A stretch of DNA of 64,000 bases from Octopus vulgaris (lineage: Eukaryota), in contig OX597818.1 in assembly GCA_951406725.2 (NCBI GenBank), positions 69,688,001 to 69,752,000 of the forward strand, written 5' to 3'. A program made the position numbers and the translations under genes. Shown piece by piece: positions 10,206 through 23,749 of this stretch (positions within the stretch are counted from its first letter, which is position 1; every line of letters starts with the position of its first letter). The notes beneath the pieces were generated by a model that was given only the letters and a program-made list of their open reading frames with translations, searched no databases and had not been told where the DNA came from.

Positions 10206-13200
10206 ATCTATCTGGGAAAGCTGATATAAAGTGGTGGTGATGGTGGTGGTACTGGTGGTGGTGGTGGTGGTGGTGGTGGTGGTGGTGGTGGTGGTGATGA
10301 TGATGATGATGAAGGGTAGGAGTGTGTTGAGGTCAGCCATTGGAGTATGATCAGTTTTCAAGTATTTTAACTATTTATATCAGTCAACTTGGCTACAGCT
10401 TTTCCGTCCAGTTCAAGAGGAATGGTGGGATCAGGGGATCAATTTGCATGCTCACTCGATACAGCATTGGTGTCAAGCTGCCTCTGAACAATAATGGCTG
10501 AACGCCTCTAAGCTGGATTGCAGGCTGAAAGACAACAAAGTGAAGGTGGATATAAGAAGACAAAACTGTGTCACAAAGCACTTTTCTTTGATACTTTCAT
10601 GTTTTCTCTCATCTCTGTGAAGTTTTTGGTTACCCCTGGGCTGCATAATTAAATCTTCTTAATCACATTCCCTTGCTTGCTTTCTTTTAAATTTCTGAAG
10701 AGAGAAACAATCGAGTATTATTGACATTGGAAGACAATTTGTCAGAGAGGCGACTGCGTGACAATGTAAATTCCAATTTGTATTTGTATTTTCTTTTACA
10801 TGAAAGTACAAGTTTTCTGCTGAGCTGGTCATGTTCTAAGATTCACAGACAACCAGACAACAGCTGGACCTGTGCAGTTGCTAAGTGGTATACAAGAAAC
10901 CAGAAAAGTCTACTTAGAAGGCCTTCATAGCAATGAGAAGATGATCTAGTTAAGTAATTTGGGTTAAGATGGAAAAGGATGGCACAATCAAGACAAAATT
11001 AGAAGTGCATTGTGACCAGTGGTGTATAACTGCTTGTGATGGTCTGACTAATACTGTGATACTGAGATTTTTTTTACTTACGCTGGCTTTGATTGAGTAG
11101 ATAAAATATCCTGATTGCAAGCTCATGAATTGTAAGTTCAGATTAGCTGCATGACTAGAGTTTCTTTGTAAGGTAGAATACTTTATTTTACATTGTCTTA
11201 AAGGAATTAGTTCTGGTGGAGAATTAAAAGATCATCTAGAAAGCCATTTGCAGCAGACTGGCATTGATACAGAGGAAGATTTATCAGTCCTACATTTCGA
11301 ATCCTGAACAGTGGAACTGAATGACTGGTCTTTGATGAAACCTTGTCAAGAGTTCCACAAACATCTACATTTACATTGATAAAATCCTTTGGAATAGCAT
11401 GAATATCACAACACCTCTTTCTTCTCTCGTTTCAGATTGTTCGACTCATTATCCTCATCATCCTTTAACGTCCATCGTCCATGCTGGCATGGGTTGTTAG
11501 AAGAAATCCATCGACAGTTCAAGTATTGTTACCACAACCATTTTCATAATTTATTATGTCAAGATTCCTCACTGTATAGAATTTACGACCAAGTTTAGTC
11601 CCCCTCACTGTTAATGGGGGAGTACGGTGTGTATAGCTAACTGCTGTTGAAGTTCAATGGATTGTAGGATTGGATTTCAAGGCTCTATGGATATTTATTG
11701 TCTGGAAAAGATTAGTTTAATGACCTTATGCTTTGTGGTTAATTGTATAAAGAGGGAATGTGTCTAATAAAAATTATGATGAATTACATTGACGAGATTT
11801 GGAAAACTAAATATAAAACCAGGAACACATTTGCTTTTAATGTAAAAAGAAAGAAAAAAATGAAAAAATTTTAGCTGTTTAGAATGGTTTATTGTGTAGA
11901 GTTTCTTTAGTATGGTATAATATAAAATAGTATAGTTTAGTAGGGTTTAGTAGAGTATAAAATAATGTAGTTCAGTAAAGTTTTATTCACTGACAATGTA
12001 ACCAATTCTGTTTATTTATGAAATTTTCTGGCGATTATTAAAAAGCTGAATTAACCTCGATTGAAAAAAGCAAATAAATTTCAGCAATCTTAATTGATTT
12101 ACTGAGTTTTTCAAAACCATAATTGTGCATCACAGCTTGTGGAGTGTTTATTCCAGTTGCCAAAGTTTTGTGCTGGAACTTTCCATGCATCCTCACACCT
12201 AAAATATCTGCTTGGCATAATTTGGAATTTGAAATTGCACATGAAGAAAGACAAACAAACCAGGTGAGTCAGTTGGATTTTTTTTTCCTATCTTCCTGTA
12301 CTTTTTTCTTTAGATTTTTTTTTTAATACTATTTTTGCATGTAACATAAGCTGGGCAAGCCAGAAAATTGAATATTTGCACAAATTGTTAAAATAACATG
12401 GTATGATCCCCTTCCTAAAATGAGTCATTCAACTCTAAAATGACAGTGGTAGCTAGTTTTAGTGAGGTCATCCAGGATAATACAGTAAGCCTGGATCAAT
12501 ATCAGCGGCTAGGTTAAAATGGTTGACCTTCCAATTAATGGCCTGGAACTTTAAACCTTCAGCTGTCTGCTTCCACTGAAAAATCGTTATTTATTTATCA
12601 AATATTTCTTGGCATAAATATTTATTTGGTTAGAAGTTGAGGAAGAAAATAGTAATTCCAGTGTCATTCATAGAAACTGGTAATAGAGGAGGACCTGTTT
12701 GTTTGTTATTTTCCATAAGAGTAACCAGAAATTTGACAGAGGTTAATGAGTTATTTAATAAATGAATCCTACTCGTTAGAATGTTATGTTCTCCACCTCC
12801 TCTCCACCACCTCTACGTCTTACTGTCAGGAAGTCAACATACCTTTATTAACATTCAGCTGAACTCTAAATTAAACATTTCTCTCCACAAATTAAGCTTC
12901 TAACAAGACAAATGGTTTTCTTCCTTTTCTTTCACATTAAATATTCTACAACATAAGGAATTAAGCCAAACTTCCTAATCAATATCTTTGATAACAGAAG
13001 AAGCTAATTTATCAACTGATAAAGAACTGCATATTTACCATTTTCTCCTAAATTTTATGTAACTTAACAGTAAACTATCAACAGAGGAACATCACAGTCC
13101 TGAGTTCAAATCTGCTTAAATATTGAGTAAAATATCTTTCCCCATGGATTTTTACATCCCACATAAAACATGTAGAAAAACTGATAAGAATTAGACTTGC

Positions 13201-13904
13201 ATTAGCATCTGAAGATAATGAAATGATTAAAGTTTCTGTATTTATGTAATTGTACTATATATAGAAACGGTAGAAAAACAGTCTAATACACAATATAGAG
13301 AGAGTAATAAAGATAAGACTTCAATCTGAATGAAGGTGAAATGATTAAATTTACTTATTTCTTCCTTTTTCAGCCTATTTTCACTAATAGCAGAGATTAG
13401 GCAAATGCGTTTATTATTGAAACACTGTATTACAGGAAAGTGTCCTTCTTGTCATTAACCCTTAGCTGCTATGTTTTTTGAATTAGGAATCTCTTACTTC
13501 ACACACCTACAAAGGTTCGAAACCAGTTGATGGGAGAAATAAAAAAAGTATTGCCACTTGTAGCTCATGATGCCCAGTAAACACACAAACACACATACAC
13601 ATAGACAATATACACGTATTCACACACACATACACATATTCACACACACACACACACACACACACAACCACTTCCAAATATAGCAATCATTTCCCCCTCT
13701 CATTACTAAATACGCAACTATTTAATCACCCCCCCCCCAAAAAAAAAAACCAATCATTTTTGTCTATAAATAATAATTGCATTGTTTAATTAACAACAAA
13801 TTAAAACATGCTTTAACTTATTTACTTATAATTAATAATTGCTATGTATAATTAACAGTTGTCATTATTTTTATTATTTATTAAAGCAACACCACACAGT
13901 CACT

Positions 13905-14060
13905 TAGTTTGCTTGAAATAGCAGCAAACTAGCCCTCTGAAGATGCCTTCTTATTTTAAAAATTTGAAGAACACACTGGAAATGTATTGGGTATATAAAA
14001 AGACTGCAACATTTTGATGAGAGGTCTCCTCTATAGGGACTGACTTGGGGTTAAACAATC
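13905..14060 (+). mobile_element. Old unclassified interspersed repeat (relatives near 9975, 18990-19160, 62710-62800, 63440)
   Basis: Recurring motifs tgcttgaaatagcagc and gactgacttggggttaaacaa / gacctggggctaaacaac. Confidence 0.4.
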
Positions 14061-15905
14061 GCATCCTCCCCACCCCATCAATTACTCAATCACTATCACT
14101 CTGTGAATGATGAATGATCTCCTTTATGTTAATCTTAAGAATATTGAAAATATGTGTTGAAACTCTGACAGTCAATTCGGTGATCGCAAACTCTCATTAA
14201 TTTTGATTTTAATCCAGAACACTTTCCATGGAAATCTTTATAAATATTTTAAATATTTATAACAATGGTAAAGATTCTACAATGAATATTTTATCTAATC
14301 TGAAAGGCTGACTTAGTCTAATTATATCTACCTAATTCCAACATAGATAAATGGATAGAAACATTCTTTTTCTTTCCTAACTAGAATGGAAAGCCTTATT
14401 TCTTAGTAATTTATTTTGTTTTGTTTTTTCTCTTTTTCTTTTCTGTTCTTCAAAGCATTGAAGAAAAGAAAAGAAGAATTTCTAGTTAAATTCCTGCTGT
14501 TTATATTGTTTCTGAGAACAGTCTTCGAAGTATGAAAATAGCTTCCAGCTTTATTTTATGATAAGGTAGTTAGTGCTAGAGAAGACATCCGACCGTAAAA
14601 TATCTGTTCCAAGCATTCATGCAAATACCTTAATTTTCAAACCTGTTATATCCTGCCATTGGCATATCAAAATGATACCAAAAAGAGAATGGAAAAAGTT
14701 TTGAAGACAAAGAAAACCTTAGAATTTCTTTCCTTAGTTCGTTTTCTTTATTTTTTTCTTTAAAAGATCCCAAACATGTTTCTTTTTTAATAAATATAAT
14801 AATTGTGATAAAAAGAAATTTTTAGTTGAATGCGTTTAGCTATGAAACAAATTTTGAGTCATATTATCCTTCAAGATTCTTAGTATCAAATGGTAATAGG
14901 CTAGAAGAAGGCAGTGGAGTGAAATAGTGTTTAGAAAAAGAGTAATAAAACAAAGCCTTTAATGAAATACACCATGAACATGTTAAAGATTAAGAAGGCT
15001 CTACATGACATTAGTTTTTTCACAACTAAGATTAAGTTTTTTTTTTGTTTTAAACCAGTTTGACCGTATTTATTTGAGACAGTTCTTAATATTGGTTCTT
15101 TTGCTAAATTTCTTTCATTCTATCATAAAAATCAAACCTCCATCTGTGAGTTTACTCTCTTTCACACTTCATTTGCTGATTCACCCATTTTGTAGACAGT
15201 TTTTTCACACCATTAATTCCCAAGCCTGGACATTCCTAACATCTTTCAAGCATCAACAAAGATTAAAGCTACTTCCTTTAGATTTCTTCTCAATATTTAC
15301 CATTTTGTTTTGCTTGTTTTTCCTCTTCTTTAATGCCTCCTATTTAATCTCTGGCAAGAAGTTTTCGATGAAACCTCAGCAAAATTTAATGATCAAGTCA
15401 CGGCAATGTCATTTTAGTTCTTCAATAAGCACTGACGCTATATTATTCCAATCGAGGTCTTTTAGTAAACTCATTTAGATAACTGGCCATAAAGTAATTG
15501 CAACGCCAACAAATGGTTGCTTCTAAATAATTAGGAACCACTGAAGACAGTGTCAGCGGAACGGTAAATTCTGGACTAGAATAACTTGGAAAGTTTGTTT
15601 CTTTTCTTTCATACAACTTTGACACAGTAAATACCAGTGATATATTTGGGTTTGTTCAATCAAACCTACCTCTGTCTGCAAATGTTGTGGTTGTTATGAC
15701 AATTCATATGCCATGGTGTTGTCACCACAGCTTTTTCAATGGCCTTGTCATTGATTCACTGCCCTTTTGATGGTGGGAGATCAGCAGAAGCGAGTGGGGG
15801 AAATTCAGTGGAAAGGACTTCAATGAAAGAGTAACTTCTTTTTACTGCTGTTTTATGTCCTTTGGCAACATACAGCAGTGAAAGATACACACACACACAC
15901 ACATA

Positions 15906-15951
<46 letters not shown>

Positions 15952-16042
15952 ATGGCATCTTGGGCAAGTGGCTTCTGCTATAGCCTCAGGCTGATCAAAG
16001 CCTTATGAGTAGAATTGGTAGATGGAAACTGAAAGAAGTCTA

Positions 16043-16081
<39 letters not shown>

Positions 16082-16395
16082 GAGAGGGGGAAGAGAGGAG
16101 AGAGAGAGGAGAGAGAGAGGGAAGAGAGCGAGGAGAGAGAGAGGGAGAGAGAGAGGGGAAGAGAGAGAGATGTGCATGTCTTTGCACCTGTGTTTCTCCA
16201 CCACACCACTTGACAACTAGTGTTGGTGTGTTTATGTCCCTGTAACTTTGCAGTTTGGCAAAAGTGCCCAATGCAACAAGCACCAGGCTTAAACAGAAAA
16301 CAAGTCCTGGCATCAATCCATTTGACGAAATATTCTTCAAGGTGGTGCTTCAGCATGGCCACTGTCAAAGGACTGGAAAAAGTAAAAGATAAACA
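15952..16395 (+). mobile_element. tRNA-derived SINE family B (5'-truncated, internal microsatellite)
   Basis: ttgggcaagtggcttctgctatagcctcaggctgatcaaagcc...gaaactgaaagaag is colinear with 52937-53337. Confidence 0.8.
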
Positions 16396-16399
16396 ATGT

Positions 16400-16469
16400 G
16401 TGTATGTATATATATACATATATGTGTATATATACGTGGTGTGTATATATATATATCTATATATATATC

Positions 16470-16503
<34 letters not shown>

Positions 16504-16906
16504 GATAGATATAGATATACATATGTGCATATATATATATGCACATATATATATTTATATATATATATATATGCATATATATACATACATAAATATATAT
16601 ATGTACATATATATATATATACATATATATATATGTATATATATATTTGTGTATATATATATTTATGTGTGTATATAAGCAAACAGACAGACAAACAGAT
16701 CGATCGATAGATAGATATAGCTTTATATATATACATATATATATATATATATCTTTGTTTCTCTCCTTGTTTTTTCTGTGTCCCTTTCTGTAGAAGAGCG
16801 TAGGCTCGGAACAATAAAGACATTTTCTATTCCTTAGCGTTATACTAATACATCTGTTTGTTTTGTACTCCACCTATCTTCGTCTTTTGTTTTTTTCGTA
16901 AACTCT

Positions 16907-16948
<42 letters not shown>
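16400..16948. repeat. (TA)n-rich compound microsatellite with an embedded unique insert
   Basis: Directly visible. Confidence 0.9.
16753..16911 (+). mobile_element. Penelope-type terminal-repeat fragment with a degenerate hammerhead-like motif (16784-16819)
   Basis: cttt-CTGTAGA-a-GAGC-gtag-GCTC-GGAAC-aat-aaag; stems I and II pair, core has substitutions; flanked by (TA)n. Confidence 0.5.
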
Positions 16949-16950
<2 letters not shown>

Positions 16951-17740
16951 TCCTCATTTAACGCTTACATTCCATGCTGGCATGGGTTGTCTGGTTTGAC
17001 AGGAGCTGGTTAGTTAAAGGGCTGCATGGACTCCATTTGTCTGTTTTGGTAAGGTTTCTATGACTGGATGCCCTTCCTAATGCCAAAGTCTTTACAGAGT
17101 GTTCTGAGTGCTTTTAATGTGGCCCAGCACTGGCGCTTTTAGGTAGCACTGGTATGAGCACTTTACATGGAACCTATATGAAAACTTTCACATGGCTTCA
17201 GCATGGCCACTTTTACAAAGCACTGACAAAGGCACTTTTATGTGACATTGGCATGGGTGCTTCTATGAGGCCCCAGGACCTACAAGCCTGAAATGCTTGG
17301 GTACCTCAGCTGAGAGAGGAACATAGAGTGCATGCTTGTATGGCCGTGATTTTACTTAGCTTTGCTTGTCTTTTCAAGCACAAAAAACTGCCAGACTTCT
17401 CAGCCCCTTGTCATGTCTTTTGTGAGGTCCAATATTTGAAGATCCTTTCTCACTACTTCATCCCACATCTTCCTAGGTCTTACCTTTCCACACATTCCCT
17501 CCACAATTAGAGATTGGCACTTCTTGATGCAGCTGTTCTCATCCATATGCGTCACATGACCAGTGAAGCCTTCTCTCCGGCACACTACAGCTGACGCCTC
17601 ATTTACCCGCGTTTTCTCTCAACTCATTTATACTCTGTCGCACAAGCACACTGACATTGCACATCCAGGGAAGCACACCAGCTTCATTTCTTTCAAGCCT
17701 GCGCATGCCCTCTGCAGTCACAGCCCATGTTTCACTGCCT
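16949..17740 (-). mobile_element. Diverged RTE-clade LINE 3' end
   Basis: Minus ORF 17400-17585 (GHVTHMDEN..KKCQSL.VEG..GKVRPRKMWDEVV.KDL) is homologous to 46679-47101; same 3' UTR tail. Confidence 0.85.
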
Positions 17741-19617
17741 TATTTATATGTACATGTTAAGGTATGTACATAAAAACATATATCATATCAGCATGGAAAA
17801 CAGATGTTGAATGATGATGATGTATACATATATATATACACACATATATATATACATCATCATCATCATCGTTTATATATATAGCGAGAGAGAGGGAGAG
17901 AGAGAGAAACACACACACACATGTATATATGCATACAGATATATACATACACACACATAAATTACAAAATCAAGCAAGTTGTCTTAGATAACATAAATGT
18001 ACCTAGTTTGAGAGTAAGATGTATTGACCCTAATGGGATAACCCCCCCAGTGGTGGTTGAGTGATTATCAAAAATACCAACAAAGTTTGTGTGAGAGAAA
18101 TGGTGGTAAACCACAGTTGCTGGTCCTGTGGTATGTTTACTTGTATGAAATTTGATAGCAGAAAACACCAGGTCATTTTGGTGTAATGGTTATCCTGATC
18201 AAAATAATACGAGAAATACAGGTTTTATTTCTCGTAGGCAACCATCGCCACATTATTCTTTTTTACACTCATCTCATGAATGTATTGAGATCTTAACCAT
18301 TTATATTACACACACACACACACACACTCAAAAGTTTGTGCCTCTTCAAAGGCAAACAACAATCAATAAGTTGTTATACTGAGAATATTTATTAACATTA
18401 TCAATGCTTGTAAAGTGGGTCTCTTTCACCATTATGTTAAATGAAAATGTTATGTTTCCAAAACACTTTAGAAGTTTTTGGAATTAACTGATGAGAAAAA
18501 AAAAGCTGTGAAGAATTATTTACATTTCTCTGTTCCAGATTGTCTAAAAGCTGTATATTATAAAAGAAAAAGAAATTGATTAAAATGTATATATTCCAAA
18601 TGTTTCTGGTTGCACTAGAGTATGTGATATTAAGCTGTTAAACAACATCACTTTGCAATAATTGGAAAGAAAGTAGTTTTAAATTTCTTTTTATAATTTT
18701 TCTGAAATAAAATGCTATGTTTTTTTTTTCAGAATTAAATTTAATGAAAAACAGAAATTTGCCAGAAAAATGATAATTTCTTCTTCATGGTGATTTATTT
18801 TGTTTCAACACAAGAAAATGGTGCTGAACTGGTTGAAATAATACAGAGGCACTTGAGATTAAATTAGGACCTTTTTTACCGATATTTTTTATGATTCCCA
18901 TGGAGTAGAAACCGTTTTTAGTTTAAAGTCAGTAAAGACCCTTTCTTTCTTCTTTTTTTTAATTTTTATGGATGCATGTTGCAGTTGGGAGCAGAGCTTC
19001 AACATACTAAGATATCCTCAAAATGACATTTGATGATAGGTCTACTTATTTAGGGATAACCTGGGGCAAAACAACAATTACAACAACAACAGCTACAATC
19101 AGCACAAGCTAAAGTGGAAAAACTTTAAGTAATCGATTAACCTGCTAGAAATAGCAGCTATATCACCATCAACTCATACTCTTTCATAGTCATCATAAAT
19201 TAACAAGGCATTACAAATTGCGTAATGTAATGCTAGATATAATATGGTGGAAAATAAGAGGTGATGGTCATGGTTTGGATGCTGCAGATGTAAGTAAACT
19301 TAATCAGTTTTCATTGTAAAAATAAAGGTTGCTCCCATTGATAGATCAAAATGGGCAAGATACGTGTTTAGTGCATGGAATGAACCCCAGAATATTTTCT
19401 GTAGCAAGACCATCTCAACTGTTGCTTGGACAAGTTTAATTTTGGAAGATTTACAAACCTCGTTTTATAAAATGTTTCATGAAGAAGAAAATTAGGAATT
19501 ACGAGTTTAGGAATTGTTTATTAAGATAGACATGCTAGAGTATACGTATATAAAATATATATGCTAAAATAAGCAGTTCAAATACAGCATCAAAGTTTGG
19601 AAGTCTGTTATTAATAT

Positions 19618-20040
19618 TGTAGTGAGGGACAAGAAGATAGCACCATTTTGTATGAAATCTCGTCAGTAGCCATTACCATGTTTGAGACAGGAGCAAGATC
19701 TCACCTGCAACCATTTACCTTGCACAAGATGACCGTGAGACTATCATCAACAATGACTATTTAAGCAGAAGAATTAAGACTTTCTTTCTCTTTCTTCCTT
19801 CCCGCTTACTCTGAGAAACACTGCAAACCTGGCAGCTCACGGCAGACTCTTATCCCGCTCTAACTTCACCTGTTATCTCCAGAGGTAATGAACCTCTTGT
19901 GAACAGAGCTATATCGAACCACGTTCTGCCATAAAGATGGTCACTGGGAGTGAACCACTTGAACAAGAACTAAAAATAAATAACTATTGAATTGCACTCT
20001 GCTAGTAAACTTCTTTGAGTTCCAGATCCTTAAGACTACA
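19618..20040 (+). mobile_element. Candidate solo LTR
   Basis: TGTAGT...ACTACA inverted termini, TATA-like tatttaa (about 19758), AATAAA (19975); no clean TSD seen. Confidence 0.5.
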
Positions 20041-20119
20041 GAAATAATGGTAATGGGAGAAGGAGATATGCTACAGGTGTCACAAGCCTTCAATTCCCTT
20101 ATAATATAATTATTTTAAA

Positions 20120-20530
20120 ATGTTGGCACAAGGCCAGTAATTTTGAGGGAGGAATAAATTATATCAACCCCAGTATTCAACTGGTACTTTATTTATAAAT
20201 CCCAAAAGGATGAACGACAAAGCAGAATTTGGGCTCACAATATAGAGATGGACAAAATGCTGCCAAGCATTTTGGTCTGCATGCTAATGATTCTGACAGC
20301 TTGCCATTCTTTAATTAATATAATTATGAGAACAGTGAGCTTCTAGAATCATTTGAGCATTGAAATTATTTGAATCTTGTGGTATTTCTTCCACTTCTTT
20401 ACACTGAGAGTTCAAATTCTGTCACAGTCAGCTTTGCCTTTCACTTTTTTGGATTCCATGAAATGAAGTGCTGGTCAAGTGCTGTGCTTGGCGATATTGA
20501 CTTACTTCCTCCACTCAAAGACTGCTGGTG
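20120..20530. mobile_element. Two decayed family A SINEs, head-to-head (20120-20290 minus; 20330-20530 plus)
   Basis: Family core motifs present in opposite orientations. Confidence 0.65.
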
Positions 20531-20639
20531 AACTGTCTAAATCAAGCCATTAATGCAATTCAGAGCATTAAAAAAATATTTCTTGAATTCCTGGCACTGA
20601 TTTCAACAGAGTTTATTTTACAAACACACAAACAACTGA

Positions 20640-20769
20640 ATCCTGGTGCAGCTCTCTGGCTTGCCAGCTCCTATCAGCCCATGTCAGCATGGAAAATGGA
20701 AGTTAAATGATGATGATGATGATGATGATGACGACGACGACGACGACGATGACGATGATGATGATGATG
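20640..20769 (+). mobile_element. RTE 3'-tail fragment with (GAT/GAC)n tail
   Basis: cctggtgcagc...cccatgtcagcatggaaaatggaagttaaatgatgatgat. Confidence 0.75.
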
Positions 20770-21436
20770 AAACACATTAGAAGAGGGTGGAAGAGAGTAT
20801 GTTTGAAGGGTGGCATCGATGTAACAAATTTTCTCCTAAAAAGTTAAAGAATGTAACCATTAAAACAAATTATGAAAAGTGCCTTTTTTTCTATTCTTGG
20901 GCTTAGATCTGCAAAATGTTTACAAAAAACTTTCTGCTTTTATCCTTCAGACAATATTTTGCACAAAATTTCCAAACAACCATCTTTATAAAAGCTTTAA
21001 TTATTTTTAAAGCACCTCTGTGTTTGCCCTGATCGCAACTATTCATATCCTAAATGTTATTCTTAACAAAACCCACAAATTTGCTGAGACATTCTCTAAA
21101 TATTTTACTCTTGATGATTCTTACAGCTTCACTCACAAGTTCTTACTCCATCAGGAAATAAATGCAACATTTACTTCGGTCAAGAAATCAACCTTTAAAT
21201 AAGTTCAAAGAGTTTTCACATTTTCTTTCCATCTTATTTTAGGAATCAGTTTTGTTGTAATCATCTTCCATATTATCATTATCATCATCTTCATCTTCAT
21301 CAGTGTCATCGTCGCCATCATCATCGTCGCCATCATCATCATCGTTGTCATCACCTTTAATGTACAATCTCCATGCTGACATGGCTTGGTTACTTCAAAA
21401 GGATCTGCATAGTTGGACAACAATGTCTTACTCCAG

Positions 21437-21670
21437 CATCATCATCATCATCATCGTCGTTTAACGTCAGCTTTCCCTGCTGGCATGGGTTGGACGGTTT
21501 GACTGAGGACTGGTGAGCCAGATGGCTGCACCAGGCTCAATCTGATCTGGCGAAGTTTCTACAGCTGGATGCCCTTCCTAATGCCAACCACTTTGAGAGT
21601 GTAGTGGGTGCTTTTACGTGCGACTGGCACGAGGGCCAGTCAGGCAGTTCTGGCAACGACCAGGCTCAAC
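21437..21670 (-). mobile_element. RTE 3'-UTR fragment
   Basis: (cat)n-cgtttaacgtcagctttccctgctggcatgggttggacgg...ctacagctggatgcccttcctaatgccaacc. Confidence 0.85.
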
Positions 21671-22617
21671 ATCTAAGAATATTCCTGAGAAATTTCTGAA
21701 GAAATTTCCAATGTAGAGTTGAATTGGTTTGGATTTCATTCTGAGAATTTGTTTTCATTAATGCCATTCCAACTTGGTTGATTGAAATTCTTGTTACTCA
21801 TAAATCTCCGGCTACCAACCAACTTAACGATCAATTTTATTTACCATATTTAAAGAATTATAATTTTTAAAATGAATCACACTCTTGACAGAGAAATGAT
21901 TATTTTACAAGAAGAATCTTAATGTGTTCCGATTGTAATTCGGTAAAGTTTTCTCTTTTTTTTTTCCGGTAATAAGAAGAGATATAAATATTTTCAAAAT
22001 CCAGAATCAATGAATGTTTTGTCCATACAAATTAATCAGGAGAAGAAAATAAAATCAATATTTCATTTATTTTAGTTTAGCCTGATTAATTTTTTTTTTC
22101 TTTTTGCTGGTTTTATTTTCTCTTCAATCAAGGAAAATCTTGCAAATATCGCCATATTCCTGTGCACCTTTTGGCATTTTAGTGAAGATAATAAACAAAC
22201 TAACGTGAATCAATAAAGATGCTTGTCTAAAGTTATTTCGTTTCCCCTCTCACTTGAGCCACTCGAGTCACTTGAACAGTTTTCAACAATTTTCTCAAGA
22301 CACAAATGATAAAAAAAAAGCCAATGGGTAATTGACTAAACATTGATATTGTTGGAATATTGGAAGGAAACGCAGCTGAATAGAAAGATTTTAATTGATA
22401 GAGAAGCAAAGTCGCTGAAAGCTGGTTTTCTGTTTAAATTGCTCTTTATGCAAAGCATGGTTTCAAACCCTGCACAGACTGTAATGCTATGAGGCAGGAA
22501 GATCTTTCTATTTTGGAATGGTTTCAGAGAAGTGAAAGGAAATCGATTCGGAAGTGATATTTACAGCAAAAAACATTGGTATTAAAAAGATATCTTGGGA
22601 AAAAGTAATTTTTTCGA

Positions 22618-22830
22618 ATTTAGACTTGAAGCCAGCAGTTTTGAGGGGAGGGGTTTGTCAGTATCAGTGAACCCAAGGACTTGACTGGTATTTTATTATA
22701 TAGGCATTCAAATGATGGCAGATGAACATGTCCTTGGTAGGATTTGAACTCAGAACATTAAAGAGGCAAAAGAAATACTTGCAAGGTATTTTCACATGTT
22801 CTCTAACAATTCTGCGATTCACCACCTCAT
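22618..22830 (-). mobile_element. Decayed SINE family A
   Basis: gactggtattttatt...ggatttgaactcagaac. Confidence 0.65.
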
Positions 22831-23260
22831 TTTGGAAAATAATAATTAAAATAATTAAAATAATAATTAAAATAGCAGAAAAGAAAAGCAAAGAAATACA
22901 AACAGGTATTGATGTTACTGAATTGGCTTTTAAACTTTGTAAAATATTATTCTTTGACTGCCAAGTGGCTAACAGCAATCAGCTTCTATATTCTAGTAAT
23001 TTCAAAGTTGTTACCAGTTCAGACATGCTTGAGGCATATTCAAACCCATAAGAAAGTCTTTCACTGTAGTTTGTCAGGAAGAAAATTGCATGCTGCTTCA
23101 GGCCAGCCTAGAAATCTGTTATTCTTATAGTATTTTATTGTACATGGCATCAAATGTTGTCTACCTTATTTGTGATACCACAGATCCGTTTAATATCTGT
23201 TTAATGAATGTCTCTATTATTAGATTTATAAGCCCTAGAAATTCATTCCATAATTGCCAT

Positions 23261-23504
23261 GGGCATATGGCATAGTGGTTAAGAGTGCAGGCTACTAACA
23301 CCAAGATTCCGAGTTCAATTCCAGGCAGTAACCTGAATAATGGCAACAGCAACAACAGCAACATTGAAAATTACCTTAGAAATGAGAACCCAGGTTTGAA
23401 ATTTCCCCAAGACATCTGATGAATGCTGGAGGGTTTATCAGCCGAAACGTTGTGTTAACAACAAACAAGATGAGGACAAATATTTATCAAATGTAAATAA
23501 TGTA
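23261..23504 (+). mobile_element. tRNA-head/hammerhead element, copy 4 (full-length, short spacer)
   Basis: A box tggcatagtgg, B box gagttcaattcc, aat/aac spacer, hammerhead at 23411-23456, aatgtaaataatgta end. Confidence 0.9.
23411..23456 (+). ncRNA. Minimal hammerhead ribozyme, core intact, stem II base mismatch
   Basis: gacat-CTGATGA-a-tgctg-gagggtttat-cagcc-GAAAC-gtt-gtgtt. Confidence 0.65.
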
Positions 23505-23698
23505 TCTTCTCTATTGGTTTTGCTAATTTATAATTTTCTAATGGGTTCAGATGGTGTTCCCTTCTGAGATCCAACATGATTTCTGTGGAAAATTTAGTGA
23601 GATTTGCACTAATCACTAAATATCATCAAAAGCAGCTGCTGGGAACTTGCAGACAACTAAATTTAATCAATAATTTTAACCATAACAAGTTTTTTTAA

Positions 23699-23749
<51 letters not shown>

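Noticed and set aside
15005-15478. 157-aa ORF
   Set aside because: F/L-rich translation of T-rich DNA with no domain or splice support.
23261-23335. tRNA gene, also considered at 8928, 25817 and 52937
   Set aside because: A and B boxes are present, but there is no proper acceptor stem and each continues into repeat body: these are SINE heads.
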